Source: a virus
Lineage: Duplodnaviria > Caudoviricetes
Length of the DNA stretch: 45,318 nt
IMG/VR virus record: IMGVR_UViG_3300033416_000013
Span: 1-45,318 of that record
Strand: one strand, 5' to 3'
Of this stretch, positions 33,866 to 44,033 are shown one piece after another. A program made the position numbers and the translations under genes. How positions within the stretch are numbered: position 1 is the stretch's first letter; each line of letters starts with the position of its first letter. Under the pieces are notes generated by a model. That model had not been told where the DNA came from, searched no databases, and worked only from the letters and a program-made list of their open reading frames with translations.

Positions 33866-35169
33866 GTGATTGCCCCCAGGGTGGCGATTTGCCCGGCCGC
33901 AATGTTCACGCTGGGCGGGGTCGGGCTGGTGAGGGTAAACGTGGGCCTGGACTGGCCGGTGGTCAGATCAACCGCGTTGTAGATCGCCGCATCCCAAGAG
34001 GGCTCGGACAGGTTTACCCCCACCTCGGCCGCCGCGAACAGGTCGGCCAGGGCTTCTTCGACTGCGGCTCGCATGGTGGTGGTGTTGGGGGAGAGCGCTG
34101 TAAAGACGAAATTGACGGGCACGGCGGTTGGCGCAGCCACGATCACATCAGCATCAGCAATGTGGGCGGGCTTGATCGCAAGGATGGCCGCCCTTACCGC
34201 CGCGATCTCTTCCGCGCTCGGAATTTTTGATCCCACATCGTTGTCGCGCATCGGGTAGATGGTCACCTGCCCGCGTGTCGGGGTGGCGTTTTGCACGAAT
34301 ACCCGAGTGACGCCAGGGATCATTTTTGCGGTGGCCTCGATTTGGGACGAATTAAAAAGCGCGAATGGCCGCTGGTAGGCCTGCAATACGCGGATGCGAT
34401 AGTCTGCCTCAGCCTCGGCGTCAGTCCCACCCGCAATCTCGCCAAACTGGACGTGGGCGGTCTGATCCACCCCGACGATGGGCGTGGCGAAGGTAATCAC
34501 CTCGCCGTTGCCAAGGCTTTGGGCCGCACCGTATCCCTGCGAGATAAGCGGCACACTGGCCATGGTGGCGGTGGCCGTAATCGTTCCGGTGGCCGGGGTC
34601 ACTGGGGCTCCGGTGATGGCGTAGGTGTAGGTGTTGAGGCCGGTAACCGTGATCGCCGCGGTGATGTTGTATTCGGCCTGGGCCGCTCCGGCCATGGCCG
34701 GGGTCATCCCGCTTGCCATGTTGTGGGGGCTGACGGTGGTCACGTACGCGGTGGACCCGATGCGCACGATGCTGGCGATGGCGATTACCTGGGTGCCGAT
34801 GGTGGCGAGAGATGTGCTCTGGTACAGGTTGCCAGACCTGGACGCCATGATGGTTCCGGACGGGATGGCGGTACCGTTTGTCCCGGTGGCCGTTGCATAA
34901 CCCTGGGCCTGGGTGGCGGGGTTGATGTTGATACCCTTGAGGTTGCCCCACTTGGACAGGTAGTCCCCGGTGGCCGTGTCGGGGATCGACTCGCGCTCAA
35001 GTGCCCTGATCTGCAAATAGGCCTCATTGATCCGGCCCGCCATGCCTACGGCCAGAGCATTAATCCAGGACTTCGTCAACCATGGGTTGGATGCGGGGAG
35101 CGCGGCCCGGATGTCGGACCGCTCAGCATCAGCAATCTCCTTCGCCCCGGCAGGGTAATTTAGCGGCAT
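33856..35169 (-). CDS. Baseplate J/Mu gp47-like protein with inserted beta domain
   Basis: PDTATGDYL, GGTDAEAEADYRIR, PGVTRVFV, GQIATLGAITW. Confidence 0.9.
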   Translation of the reverse strand: MPLNYPAGAKEIADAERSDIRAALPASNPWLTKSWINALAVGMAGRINEAYLQIRALERESIPDTATGDYLSKWGNLKGININPATQAQGYATATGTNGTAIPSGTIMASRSGNLYQSTSLATIGTQVIAIASIVRIGSTAYVTTVSPHNMASGMTPAMAGAAQAEYNITAAITVTGLNTYTYAITGAPVTPATGTITATATMASVPLISQGYGAAQSLGNGEVITFATPIVGVDQTAHVQFGEIAGGTDAEAEADYRIRVLQAYQRPFALFNSSQIEATAKMIPGVTRVFVQNATPTRGQVTIYPMRDNDVGSKIPSAEEIAAVRAAILAIKPAHIADADVIVAAPTAVPVNFVFTALSPNTTTMRAAVEEALADLFAAAEVGVNLSEPSWDAAIYNAVDLTTGQSRPTFTLTSPTPPSVNIAAGQIATLGAITWP

Positions 35170-35618
35170 CAGGCCCCCGTCGCATTAACAAGCGTGTACT
35201 GCACGGTCTCCGTGCGGTTGTTGTCTGCGGTCAGCGTAACATAGATTCGCACGCCGTCCAATACGGCGACGGGGCGGATGGTGATCGATTTAAAATACCC
35301 ATCGTCCACCAGCCATTGCAGTGATTTTTGGGCGGCGTCCTTGAGCTTGGCCAGCGTCATATTTGTGAGGCGGGCCTGGTCCTGCAACCACAACTTCGAC
35401 CCAAATATGCGCTCAATTTCGGGGTCGGCCTCCACGCCCCACCATCCGCGGCGACGATAGGGGTCATTGACCTCGGAGGCGTCGGCCCTGGCGTCGGTCA
35501 TCAAGGACACAATGATGGATGTGTCCAGACCATCCACGCTCTCCAGGTCTCCAGATGCGGTCAGGTTGATGTCGTACAGGCCATCAGTTCTGGGGGTGAT
35601 CTTGACGTCGGCGGTCAT
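35169..35618 (-). CDS. Mu gp46-like baseplate protein
   Basis: LDTSIIVSLMTDARA, RGWWG, GSKLWL, LQWLVDDG. Confidence 0.9.
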   Translation of the reverse strand: MTADVKITPRTDGLYDINLTASGDLESVDGLDTSIIVSLMTDARADASEVNDPYRRRGWWGVEADPEIERIFGSKLWLQDQARLTNMTLAKLKDAAQKSLQWLVDDGYFKSITIRPVAVLDGVRIYVTLTADNNRTETVQYTLVNATGA

Positions 35619-36130
35619 TACATCTCCCCACGCATGGACTGGATGATTGCCTCAATCGCCGTAAACTGCGCGATGACGCTTGCGCTAAACGGGAGCGCCC
35701 CCGATACGGGGTCAACGACGGTGGCTGTCTTGAGCGCCCCCAGAAGATCCTCGATCTGCTTGAGCAGCTCCCCGGTCTGGTTGCCCAGGGCAAATTTTCC
35801 GTCGGCGCGAAAGATCAGGTAGGCCCCGACCGGGAACGCCCCAACGGCCACCTCCCCAACGGCCAGCGGGTGCTTGCGAGACTCCCCATAAATGGGGATG
35901 GCCACCGCATTGCCAGCCTCGCCCCCGGGCGACAGCATCACGGCAATCGTTCCAGCGGGGGGGTTGGCGGCCATGCCAAACGGGATGACCAGGGTAGCGT
36001 TGGTGGCGCGCCCAATTGACTCAAGCTGAGCGACCTGGTACTTGCCGCCGTCCGTGGAGGCCCGCGAAATCGCCCCGAACTTGACCAGATTGGTGATCTT
36101 GCGCCCCAGGTTATTGAGTAAGCCCTGCAA
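35618..36130 (-). CDS. Baseplate spike, Mu gp45-like
   Basis: PFGMAANPPAG, LAVGEVAV; synteny. Confidence 0.8.
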   Translation of the reverse strand: MQGLLNNLGRKITNLVKFGAISRASTDGGKYQVAQLESIGRATNATLVIPFGMAANPPAGTIAVMLSPGGEAGNAVAIPIYGESRKHPLAVGEVAVGAFPVGAYLIFRADGKFALGNQTGELLKQIEDLLGALKTATVVDPVSGALPFSASVIAQFTAIEAIIQSMRGEM

Positions 36131-37253
36131 TGTTTACCCCCATTTTTTGGCGCCTCTTGGTTTTTTGGGGCCTCACCACATCCAGGGAGTAGGCATCCTT
36201 GGTGGTGCACACCACATCCGACGTGGCCCCGCCCGTGATGGAGTAGCGGTACGTCACTTCCTTGATGAGCAGCACGGCGTCAATCCCCGCCATATCGTCC
36301 CGCACGCGGATCAGGCGATTGGGCCGCAAAAACAGGCTTTGCGCCTGGTTGCGGTACCACCCTTGCACTGTGGCCCGGTACGTCATGGACCGCGAGCGCC
36401 GGATGTTGGCCTCCCACTTCGCACGGTCGAGCAGCGTGCCGGTTGACATTGCCGTGCCCGATGCGTTGATTTCCAGCACCCGGGTGGCGCGGATGCTGGA
36501 ATCTACGGCCACCCCGGCCTGCCCGGTAACATCGGTTGATGCGGTACCTCCCCCACCCAGGTCAAGGCCAGGGATGGAGGCTTGGGCTCGCAGCGTGTAC
36601 TTGTTGTACCGCTCAACCGTATTGTATTCAACCGAAAAACTCTTAATATTGCAAGCGTTTGGCTCTGATTTGGAGTTGACGAGCACCAAGTCCTCAATCG
36701 GGTAGGTCCCCGTGCGCTCTATGCTGATTTCGCCCGCCCGGGTGGTGTTGAGGATGGCCTGCCTGGCCCGGGCGCAACGCTCAAGGTGCTCCCAGATTTT
36801 TGCCCCCACGTCCGACTCAGGAGCCTCCCCCGCCGCGAAGGGTTTGATGCCCGGGGCGCGATCAAGCACCTTGATCTTGGTGTGCCCGTTGGCGGCCAGG
36901 ATGTTTTCAATCAATTTTTTTAGCGTGATCTCCGTGGCCGCCGCCGAATAAGCCGCCACCAAGCTGGAATCAACCAGGTCGGCCGTGCGCGACCGCCCGC
37001 TGACGCTCACCGTGTGGTCGCTGGTTGTCCCATCGATCTTGATGGCCTCCACGTAGCCAGCCAGGATGGGCTCTGCGTCCAGCATCACCCGCACCTTAGA
37101 CCCCAGACGAAAAGGGAACGATGCCGGATCGGTTAAGGACGCCGTGAAGGAAAACGACCCGGCCAGGGCCTCCATGGATCGCATGGCCTGGGCCTCGATC
37201 CATCCCCCGTAGGGCACCCCACCAACCTCAAGATGCATTTGGCCAAGGCTCAT
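36111..37253 (-). CDS. Baseplate hub, Mu gp44-like
   Basis: YGGW, VSGRSRTADLVDSS, RAKWEANIRRSRS, VQGW. Confidence 0.9.
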   Translation of the reverse strand: MSLGQMHLEVGGVPYGGWIEAQAMRSMEALAGSFSFTASLTDPASFPFRLGSKVRVMLDAEPILAGYVEAIKIDGTTSDHTVSVSGRSRTADLVDSSLVAAYSAAATEITLKKLIENILAANGHTKIKVLDRAPGIKPFAAGEAPESDVGAKIWEHLERCARARQAILNTTRAGEISIERTGTYPIEDLVLVNSKSEPNACNIKSFSVEYNTVERYNKYTLRAQASIPGLDLGGGGTASTDVTGQAGVAVDSSIRATRVLEINASGTAMSTGTLLDRAKWEANIRRSRSMTYRATVQGWYRNQAQSLFLRPNRLIRVRDDMAGIDAVLLIKEVTYRYSITGGATSDVVCTTKDAYSLDVVRPQKTKRRQKMGVNIAGLTQ

Positions 37254-38434
37254 TTGCTCAGCACCGTAATCTCGCCCGCGATTTGGGGCGCCGTGGGCCA
37301 GTTGCCGTTTATGGCCTGCAACTCCCCTGCCCGGACGGTCTCCCCGTAGAGCATGTACGACAACACGCTTACCGGGATGGGGGGAACGGTCATGGTGATC
37401 GTGCGCGCCAGGGTGGGCTTGATGGTGTCCAAATACTGCTTGGTGGCCACCCGCAACTTGTCCATGGCCGCCAGGGTGGGTACGTCCATCAGATCGGACA
37501 GCGCGGCATAGCGGGCGTCAAACCCGGCCATGTAATCGGATAGCTGAGAGTCCGTGGTGTAGGTGTTGGCCACCAAGGCAGATGCCTCCCCCGCCAGCGC
37601 AAATGACCGGATGGCCACCAAAAACGCATCCTGATTTTTTTTGGCCTCGATTTTTTCGGCTGAAGTGGGGTTTACGGCCGGGGCCCCCTCGCCGAAGCTC
37701 TCCAGGCTGACGTAAAAATCAATCTGACCCGCCGGAGTGGTCGCCATATCCAGCGTCAGGTCGTAGATGTCGCGCATAGCCTGGGCCAGCTGACCCGGGG
37801 ACTGCATGAGTGTGTAGGCGTTGGCTTGCAAGCTGGTGACCGCCGCCGCGAAATCCCGGGCTGTGTCGGCCACGGTACGCACAGCCGCCTGAGCATCCGA
37901 CATGGTGCTCTTGACGCTGGCGATAGACGAATAGGCCCGATCCAGGTTGTTGGCCAGCTTGAGCGACAGGCTAAAGGCCCCCGCGAAAAACGATTGGATG
38001 GCGTCAAAGGCGCTCTCTTGCTCGACATCCACGGCTGCGGCGCTTGGCTTCGCTTTAAACGCCTGGACGGGCCCTTGGTCAAGTCCGAAGTCCATGCTGA
38101 TGCGAGCGACGCCCAAGTCTTCGTTTTCGGTCACCGTGTACGGGAGGGCGACGACCGTCAGCTCACCGTAGAGTGGGTGCACCAGCAGGCCGGGCCCGGG
38201 GGTGTCGAGCGCGCGGATGATCGCGTCGCGGGCGTCAAAATACTCCTGCCCCGCCCCGGTTATCACCGCCTCAAACTTGACGCTCTTTTGCAGCGCCCCC
38301 AAGTCCTCTATATAGCGACGGTCGGAATTGATAAAATCGTGCACAACGACCTTGCGCCCTCCGCCCATGGTGTGCGTAGACACCAAAAACGGGACCCCGC
38401 GAAATGAGGCTGCGAGCATCTGGTCGAGGATCAA
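37250..38434 (-). CDS. DNA circularization protein, Mu gpN-like
   Basis: ASFRGVPF, GGRKVVVH, EDLG, PGPGLLVHPLYG. Confidence 0.92.
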   Translation of the reverse strand: MILDQMLAASFRGVPFLVSTHTMGGGRKVVVHDFINSDRRYIEDLGALQKSVKFEAVITGAGQEYFDARDAIIRALDTPGPGLLVHPLYGELTVVALPYTVTENEDLGVARISMDFGLDQGPVQAFKAKPSAAAVDVEQESAFDAIQSFFAGAFSLSLKLANNLDRAYSSIASVKSTMSDAQAAVRTVADTARDFAAAVTSLQANAYTLMQSPGQLAQAMRDIYDLTLDMATTPAGQIDFYVSLESFGEGAPAVNPTSAEKIEAKKNQDAFLVAIRSFALAGEASALVANTYTTDSQLSDYMAGFDARYAALSDLMDVPTLAAMDKLRVATKQYLDTIKPTLARTITMTVPPIPVSVLSYMLYGETVRAGELQAINGNWPTAPQIAGEITVLSK

Positions 38435-40188
38435 TGGCTCAACTCCATGCTGAGGCCAAGCGGGCCGATTGGTCCAGCCGAGCGCGCGGAAGCCGACTTG
38501 ACCATCCCGCCAGGGTCTTTGATGGCGATGATGCCCTCGAGGGACACGTTGTTTTGCGGCTTGAGGGCGGATGGGATTTGGAAGCCCATCGCGGGGACCT
38601 CCGCAGGGCCAGCGCGCCCGGGGGCGACTATGCCGTGCTCACGGTTGTACCTTTCCAGCGCTGGGTTGGAGTAGGCATTGGGCTTGGAGGCGGTCTTGGC
38701 GGCGGCGTCATCGGACAGGCCAACCAGCTTTGCCAGCCACTCAAATGCGGATTTTATCCCACCCCAGATGCGGTCGATCAGGTCGGCGAAAGGTTTGAAA
38801 TTGTTGTACAGATGCACTCCAAGTCCGATCATCACGCCGACCCCGGTGATGATGAGGCCGATGGGGGTGGTGAGCATGGCGACCGACAGCACGCGAAACG
38901 CGACGATGGCCTTTTGGATGGCGGCGGGGAGTGACAAAAATGCGAGCTGCATTTGGACGGAGGCAAACGTGGCCGCTACCGCTGCGACGCGCCAGGCCGC
39001 AAGCGCAATAGTCCCCCCAACGATGACCCCGGTAACCACCGGAAATTCGGAGGCCAGTCTGCCCAAAAACTCCATGAGCGGAGACAAGGCCTTGAGGATG
39101 CCGTTAATCGCCGGGAGCAGCACCGTTCCCAGGTTGATGCCCATCACGTTAAGCTGATTTTGCATCAATTGGATTTGGTTGGCCGTGGTCTTCGAGCGGA
39201 CCTCAAACTCCCGTGTCATCGACCCGACAAACTGCATCTTGTTACCCACCAGCCCAAGCGTCTGCGCCAGGATATCCTGGGAGCCGATCATCTGGTTAAC
39301 GAAACGGGACGCCTCGTCCCCGAATGTTTTTTTAAGAAACTCAATGCGCGCGGATTCGGGCATTTTTTTGATGGAGTCCAAAAATCCGAAGATGGCTTTT
39401 TTGGGGTCGGTCATCAGGGCCTTATTCATCGCGGGTCCCATCAGTTGCATTTTCCCCAACATCATTTGCAGTCCGCTTGCCGCCAGCTCAGGGCTAACCA
39501 TCATCTGGTTGGCAAACGTCGCAAATCCTGCCGCTAATTCGGGCGGAAATTTTAGGATTTTGAAGGTGCCAGACACCCGGCCCATGACCTCAAGTATGTC
39601 CTTGGCCTTGGCGTTGGTGTTGTCGTCCAGGTAGTTGATGGCGTCCGACAGCTCCTCGATCTTGGCGATGGGCACCCCCAGGCGAACCGACAGGTTGGCC
39701 AGCTGATCCCCGGCCTCTTGCGGGTTGATGTCCCAGGCGGTGGAGGCCTTGGCGGCCACCAAGGCGAAGTTGGCCAGATTTTCGCGCGCCACCCCCAGGC
39801 GACCACCCGCCGAAACAATGGAGGCGATACCGTCGGCAGCAATCGGGATGCGCAGGGACATGGCCTTGATGTCCTCGCCTATGGCCTCAAATTGTCCGGG
39901 CTTGTCAAAGGTGACCGCCTTGCGCACGTCGGCCATGGCCGTCTCAAACTGGATCGCCGATTGCAGGGGCTTGCTAAACACGTACAGGCTGGCCGCAACG
40001 CCAAGCATCTGGCCTTGCAACTCAGCCGACCTCACACGCAACCCAGCCATGCGCGCCTCAAATGCCTTGGCTGCGTCAGCCGACCCCCGAGCGCGCTTGT
40101 CGATCTCCTCAAACGCCCTGGAGACCTGGCGCTGGTTGGTGCTAAACCGATCGACCAGCTCGACAATATATTTGACCGAAAATGCCAT
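38431..40188 (-). CDS. Tail tape measure protein (TP901 family core)
   Basis: FETAMADVRK, DAINYLDDNTNAKA, GSMTREF, TPIGLII. Confidence 0.92.
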   Translation of the reverse strand: MAFSVKYIVELVDRFSTNQRQVSRAFEEIDKRARGSADAAKAFEARMAGLRVRSAELQGQMLGVAASLYVFSKPLQSAIQFETAMADVRKAVTFDKPGQFEAIGEDIKAMSLRIPIAADGIASIVSAGGRLGVARENLANFALVAAKASTAWDINPQEAGDQLANLSVRLGVPIAKIEELSDAINYLDDNTNAKAKDILEVMGRVSGTFKILKFPPELAAGFATFANQMMVSPELAASGLQMMLGKMQLMGPAMNKALMTDPKKAIFGFLDSIKKMPESARIEFLKKTFGDEASRFVNQMIGSQDILAQTLGLVGNKMQFVGSMTREFEVRSKTTANQIQLMQNQLNVMGINLGTVLLPAINGILKALSPLMEFLGRLASEFPVVTGVIVGGTIALAAWRVAAVAATFASVQMQLAFLSLPAAIQKAIVAFRVLSVAMLTTPIGLIITGVGVMIGLGVHLYNNFKPFADLIDRIWGGIKSAFEWLAKLVGLSDDAAAKTASKPNAYSNPALERYNREHGIVAPGRAGPAEVPAMGFQIPSALKPQNNVSLEGIIAIKDPGGMVKSASARSAGPIGPLGLSMELSH

Positions 40189-40195
40189 GGGGCCT

Positions 40196-40336
40196 CTATT
40201 TTTTGCCCAGCTCTTCGCCGATTTTTTCGGCCATCCTAAACCAAGCGTCCATCTCGCCCAAGGACATCTCTTCGACTTGACCCAGGGTGAGCGCCCCCTG
40301 GAAGGAGTAAAGCAGGCGGGCCACCGGCATCATCAC
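40196..40336 (-). CDS. Tail chaperone frameshift extension (gpT/gpE'-like)
   Basis: -1 frame open from GGCTTTT (40369-40375): ...VARLLYSFQGALTLGQVEEMSLGEMDAWF... Confidence 0.7.
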   Translation of the reverse strand: MMMPVARLLYSFQGALTLGQVEEMSLGEMDAWFRMAEKIGEELGKK

Positions 40337-40809
40337 GCCGTCGGTGCAGAGAGCATCGACGGCAGGATAAAAGCCGACAGGTACGCACCAAAGATGCGGG
40401 ATGAGTCATCCATCGACAAGGACTCAAGCATGGGCATGGTGGCCTTGGTCTCCAGGTCAAGCCAGCATCCGCCATCCACCAATACCCCGAGCATGCCATC
40501 CTCAAACATGGTGATGGTGTCAGGGTCGTCTGCCATCAGAGCCATCATCATCACCACGTCGTGGCCAAACCGCTTTTCGTCGGGCTCGGGAGCTTCAGCT
40601 TTTTCGGGGGCGCCAGACTTTTGCGCCCGGGTCTGCTGAGCCAATATGATCGACCCGACCGCAGATTTGACTTTAGCCAGGTGCTTGCGTTGACGGAGGG
40701 TGGGGGCGCGCAGGGTCACCACGTCAGCCTCGGCGGACGCATTGCCCTTGCGGTGGTACTGGATAGGCCGGGACAGCGTGACCTTGATCTCGTCCTGTTG
40801 GATGTCCAT
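40333..40809 (-). CDS. Tail assembly chaperone
   Basis: VTLSRPI, VTLRAPT, LESLSMDD; between tube and TMP. Confidence 0.82.
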   Translation of the reverse strand: MDIQQDEIKVTLSRPIQYHRKGNASAEADVVTLRAPTLRQRKHLAKVKSAVGSIILAQQTRAQKSGAPEKAEAPEPDEKRFGHDVVMMMALMADDPDTITMFEDGMLGVLVDGGCWLDLETKATMPMLESLSMDDSSRIFGAYLSAFILPSMLSAPTA

Positions 40810-40826
40810 TGGATGCCTTTAGGGGG

Positions 40827-41216
40827 TTACAGGGCGGGGGAGCCCTCGAATTGGACGGTCATGGCCCCGTCTGCCGAGAGCGAGGTCTCGGGATCGTTGA
40901 CCACGGCCATGTCGGAAAATGAGTTGCGATATCCGGAGACACTATCAGGGGTGCTGATGGCGTTGGACCCCCGGTTGGCTTTCCAGGCCCTTACCCAAGC
41001 GATGGACTCCTTGGTTGGGAAAAGATCGAAGGAGACCTTGCCTTTAAGGGTGGACACGTCCCGAGAATGCACGGGGACAACCACACCCCCCCCACCGGAA
41101 GCCATTTGCACTTTGTCCTCACCCAAGCCGGAGGTAACCTTGATGCTGTTGGGCTTGTAGAAGATGACCTCATTGTTGATGATCAACTGTGCTGAGCTGA
41201 TTGCGTTGTAAGCCAT
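40827..41216 (-). CDS. Tail tube protein
   Basis: Between sheath and chaperone; ends DGAMTVQFEG. Confidence 0.78.
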   Translation of the reverse strand: MAYNAISSAQLIINNEVIFYKPNSIKVTSGLGEDKVQMASGGGGVVVPVHSRDVSTLKGKVSFDLFPTKESIAWVRAWKANRGSNAISTPDSVSGYRNSFSDMAVVNDPETSLSADGAMTVQFEGSPAL

Positions 41217-41230
41217 GTGCACCCCCCCCC

Positions 41231-42778
41231 TTAGATGGTCGAAAACGCGATCTGCATCTGGACGATGGCCTCGCGGTATTGGGTTACGATGGGCACCTGC
41301 ATAGACGTGGTGGCACGCCCGTTGGTAAGGTCGATGGTGGTGACCAGGTGGTCGTCAAAGTACTTGACCGCCGCCTGGCCTGCTTGGGTGAGCACATACC
41401 CAGGGCCCGACATTAGGCCGTACAAGCGCAGGTACTCGGCGTTGATGATGGACGCATTGGCTATTTTGTGGCCAGGGATCACGTCACCGCTGGTAAGCCG
41501 GTGTTGGGCAAAAGTCGCCTTGATATTGTTGAAGAAAATCTCGCGTATAGCCGACTCGGTCTCCACGAACTCCAAATACTTGAAGGTGGTGTCCGGGTTG
41601 CCCGCGGCGTCGGTCTTGTAGGTGGTGACGATCTCGCCCATCAAGATGGTGGTGCGGGTGCGGTTGTTGCCAAGCACAGACGCGCCAGCGGCCTTGAGTT
41701 CGTCCACCTCCGTTGCCGTAAACCCGCGCCCAGCGTCGATGATGGGGAGCGTGGAAAGGGGGGTGTTGAACATGGGCATGGCCGAAATGTGAGGGCCGCC
41801 CACCAGGTCGGCAGGACCACCAGAACCGATGCTGTACGCGGTGATGTTGGCGTCCTGGGTTAGGCGCAGCGCATCCACAGCGGCGGAAACAGCGGAGATC
41901 ACGTCGGGGAGCTCAAACAGGCTACAGCCCTTGTAGTAGGTGGCGTTGACGGACTTGGCCGACAGCAACACCAGCGACTTGGAGTTGAGCGCATTGGCCG
42001 CCGCCTTGATGTTGGCCAGAGTGTCCGACTTGGTCGCAAACGCCCGACCGTCCAGCACAGCGTTGGTCGCGTTAAAGCGCGCATCCAGATAGGCAGATAC
42101 GGTGGCCAGGCTCAGGTTGTGCTGCCAGACGATGGAGTTGTACCTGATGCCGTCAATTGTCGCCAGCAGGGTGGTGATGGTGGGGTCGGTCGCCCCGCCA
42201 GTCCACCCGGTCACGGTGTAGGTTACCCCGGTCACGGTGCCGGTCACCTCCACCGACCAGCTGTTGGCCAGGGTACCCCCGTTGGAGGCGGTGATGGTCA
42301 CGGTGCCGGTCACGTTGACGGCGGTAAACGGGGCGTCGGCATCGGCAGTGATGGCGGCGACAATCGCATCGCCAATGATGGTGGCGGTGTCCGTGTTGGC
42401 CACGGCGATGGTGTACTGGTGCTGTGGGCGGGAGCCAACACTGACCAACAGGGTCCCGGCGGCGGTGGCGGGTCCGGTGAGCGCGATCACAGCGGTAGCC
42501 TTGACGGCCGATCCGTTGTCGTCCAAGGCGATGGCGTCAAAGCGGGTGATCTTGTTGTAGCGCTTAGCCTGGCGGATCATGCTCGCCAGGATTGAGCGCT
42601 GGCCAAACAGGGTATCCTCTGATCCGTCATTGCCGATGGACTCGATAAGCGCCCCGGCAGAGGCAGTCCCCCCGGCCAGTTTTTGGCCGATAAAGAGCAC
42701 TTTTACGGGCGCGGTGCTCTGCGTTTGGGTGGCCGACAAGATGTTGACGGTGGACTTCGGCAGGTTGACTTCGGTCAT
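41231..42778 (-). CDS. Tail sheath protein, Mu gpL-like
   Basis: VLFIGQK, LFGQRSILASM, GGATDPTI, IVTTYKTDAAGNPDTTF. Confidence 0.93.
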   Translation of the reverse strand: MTEVNLPKSTVNILSATQTQSTAPVKVLFIGQKLAGGTASAGALIESIGNDGSEDTLFGQRSILASMIRQAKRYNKITRFDAIALDDNGSAVKATAVIALTGPATAAGTLLVSVGSRPQHQYTIAVANTDTATIIGDAIVAAITADADAPFTAVNVTGTVTITASNGGTLANSWSVEVTGTVTGVTYTVTGWTGGATDPTITTLLATIDGIRYNSIVWQHNLSLATVSAYLDARFNATNAVLDGRAFATKSDTLANIKAAANALNSKSLVLLSAKSVNATYYKGCSLFELPDVISAVSAAVDALRLTQDANITAYSIGSGGPADLVGGPHISAMPMFNTPLSTLPIIDAGRGFTATEVDELKAAGASVLGNNRTRTTILMGEIVTTYKTDAAGNPDTTFKYLEFVETESAIREIFFNNIKATFAQHRLTSGDVIPGHKIANASIINAEYLRLYGLMSGPGYVLTQAGQAAVKYFDDHLVTTIDLTNGRATTSMQVPIVTQYREAIVQMQIAFSTI

Positions 42779-42966
42779 TATTTACCCCCCTTGGGCTTGG
42801 CGGGCTGGTCGATGCTGATGACCTCCACGCAGTTGTCGATTTTGGCGTCTTCGATCCGGCGCGCCCAATACATGTCCAACGGGGTGCCGTGGCCATCGTC
42901 CTTAAGGTCAATGATGCTCCCGGCGGGATGACCGCCAAGCCCAATGTTGAGTCTGATCTTGATCAT
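42778..42966 (-). CDS. Small tail protein (Mu gp38/DUF2635-like)
   Basis: YWARRIED motif just upstream of the sheath. Confidence 0.65.
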   Translation of the reverse strand: MIKIRLNIGLGGHPAGSIIDLKDDGHGTPLDMYWARRIEDAKIDNCVEVISIDQPAKPKGGK

Positions 42967-44033
42967 CTTGGTATCTCCGCGTCGGTAACGGTTATGGCTG
43001 GTGATCCGTGGGTGTTAAGCGTGGCCAGTCTAAACGGGACGCTCACAACGTCAGCAATGGCCGTGTCATCCTGGATGATGTCATAAGTTGCCTCAAAATC
43101 AAAGGCCCATACGATCTTGTCGTTGTTGGCCGATATCAATGCATCGCCAACGTATGCCGTCCTTGATCCTTGTCCATTGGTCATGCCAGTCTGCCAATTA
43201 ACCCCACACATGGCGCGGATCAACGCCGGGCGAACGTCCTCAATTTTGTCGCGGGCCGCAACGCCGCCAACCTCGTTTTTGCGCGGGACGAACACCAGGA
43301 TGTTTAGCGGCTGGATGATGATCTGGCGCACATCCGCAGACCCGCTTGAGTAGCCTATGGCATCAATGGTGGTGTTGCGATCCTTGTTGGCCCTGGATGG
43401 GCCTACCAGCACGAACATCCACATGAGGCTGGACGTCGCCCCTCGCTGGGTATAGTCGTTAAGCGCCTCTTCCAACGACAGTGCCCCCGCGATCCGATAC
43501 CCATGAGCAGCCTTTATCGTCCCGGCGGCGGTCGGCGGGGTTGTGGATGCGACCGCGTAGGTGATCTGGGTTGTGGACGGGGTGGACAACACCTCATGCA
43601 CCCCGTTGTATTCGGTGTCCGGGTCCAGGTACACGGGCGACCCGGTGGCGGGCGAAACCGTCGCCGCGTCCACCTGGAATTTGATTTGCGTGGGGGAGTC
43701 GATGGACAGCAGGGTCTTTTGGCCGTTGTACCCGGCCTGGGCCACCCCGGAAATCTCCACCGTCAGGTTGTAGCCCATAGTCAGATTGTGGGCCTGGGAC
43801 AATACGGCGGTGGCCACCCCCCCGGTCTGCGTGAGGGAGGTGATGGATATTACGGCCTTCGCCCCAACGATAGTACCAAAATTACCGGCCACCATCCCGT
43901 GCGGGGTGGCCGTGGTAGCCGTGGCCACCCCAGCCGATTGCGACAGGGCCGAGATGGTTTTTTCGTCGGCGAAATATGAGACCTGGCGCGGGACGCTTTG
44001 GCACAGGCGGTTGATGATGGGGAGTGTTTTCAT
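42963..44033 (-). CDS. Putative tail terminator/neck protein with inserted beta domains
   Basis: Position between gp10-like and sheath genes; two VATA...HG/HN domains. Confidence 0.62.
   Translation of the reverse strand: MKTLPIINRLCQSVPRQVSYFADEKTISALSQSAGVATATTATPHGMVAGNFGTIVGAKAVISITSLTQTGGVATAVLSQAHNLTMGYNLTVEISGVAQAGYNGQKTLLSIDSPTQIKFQVDAATVSPATGSPVYLDPDTEYNGVHEVLSTPSTTQITYAVASTTPPTAAGTIKAAHGYRIAGALSLEEALNDYTQRGATSSLMWMFVLVGPSRANKDRNTTIDAIGYSSGSADVRQIIIQPLNILVFVPRKNEVGGVAARDKIEDVRPALIRAMCGVNWQTGMTNGQGSRTAYVGDALISANNDKIVWAFDFEATYDIIQDDTAIADVVSVPFRLATLNTHGSPAITVTDAEIPR

Noticed and set aside
41222-41230. G9 run upstream of the tail tube gene as a phase-variation switch
   Set aside because: Intergenic and probably serves as the RBS; no evidence of variation from one sequence
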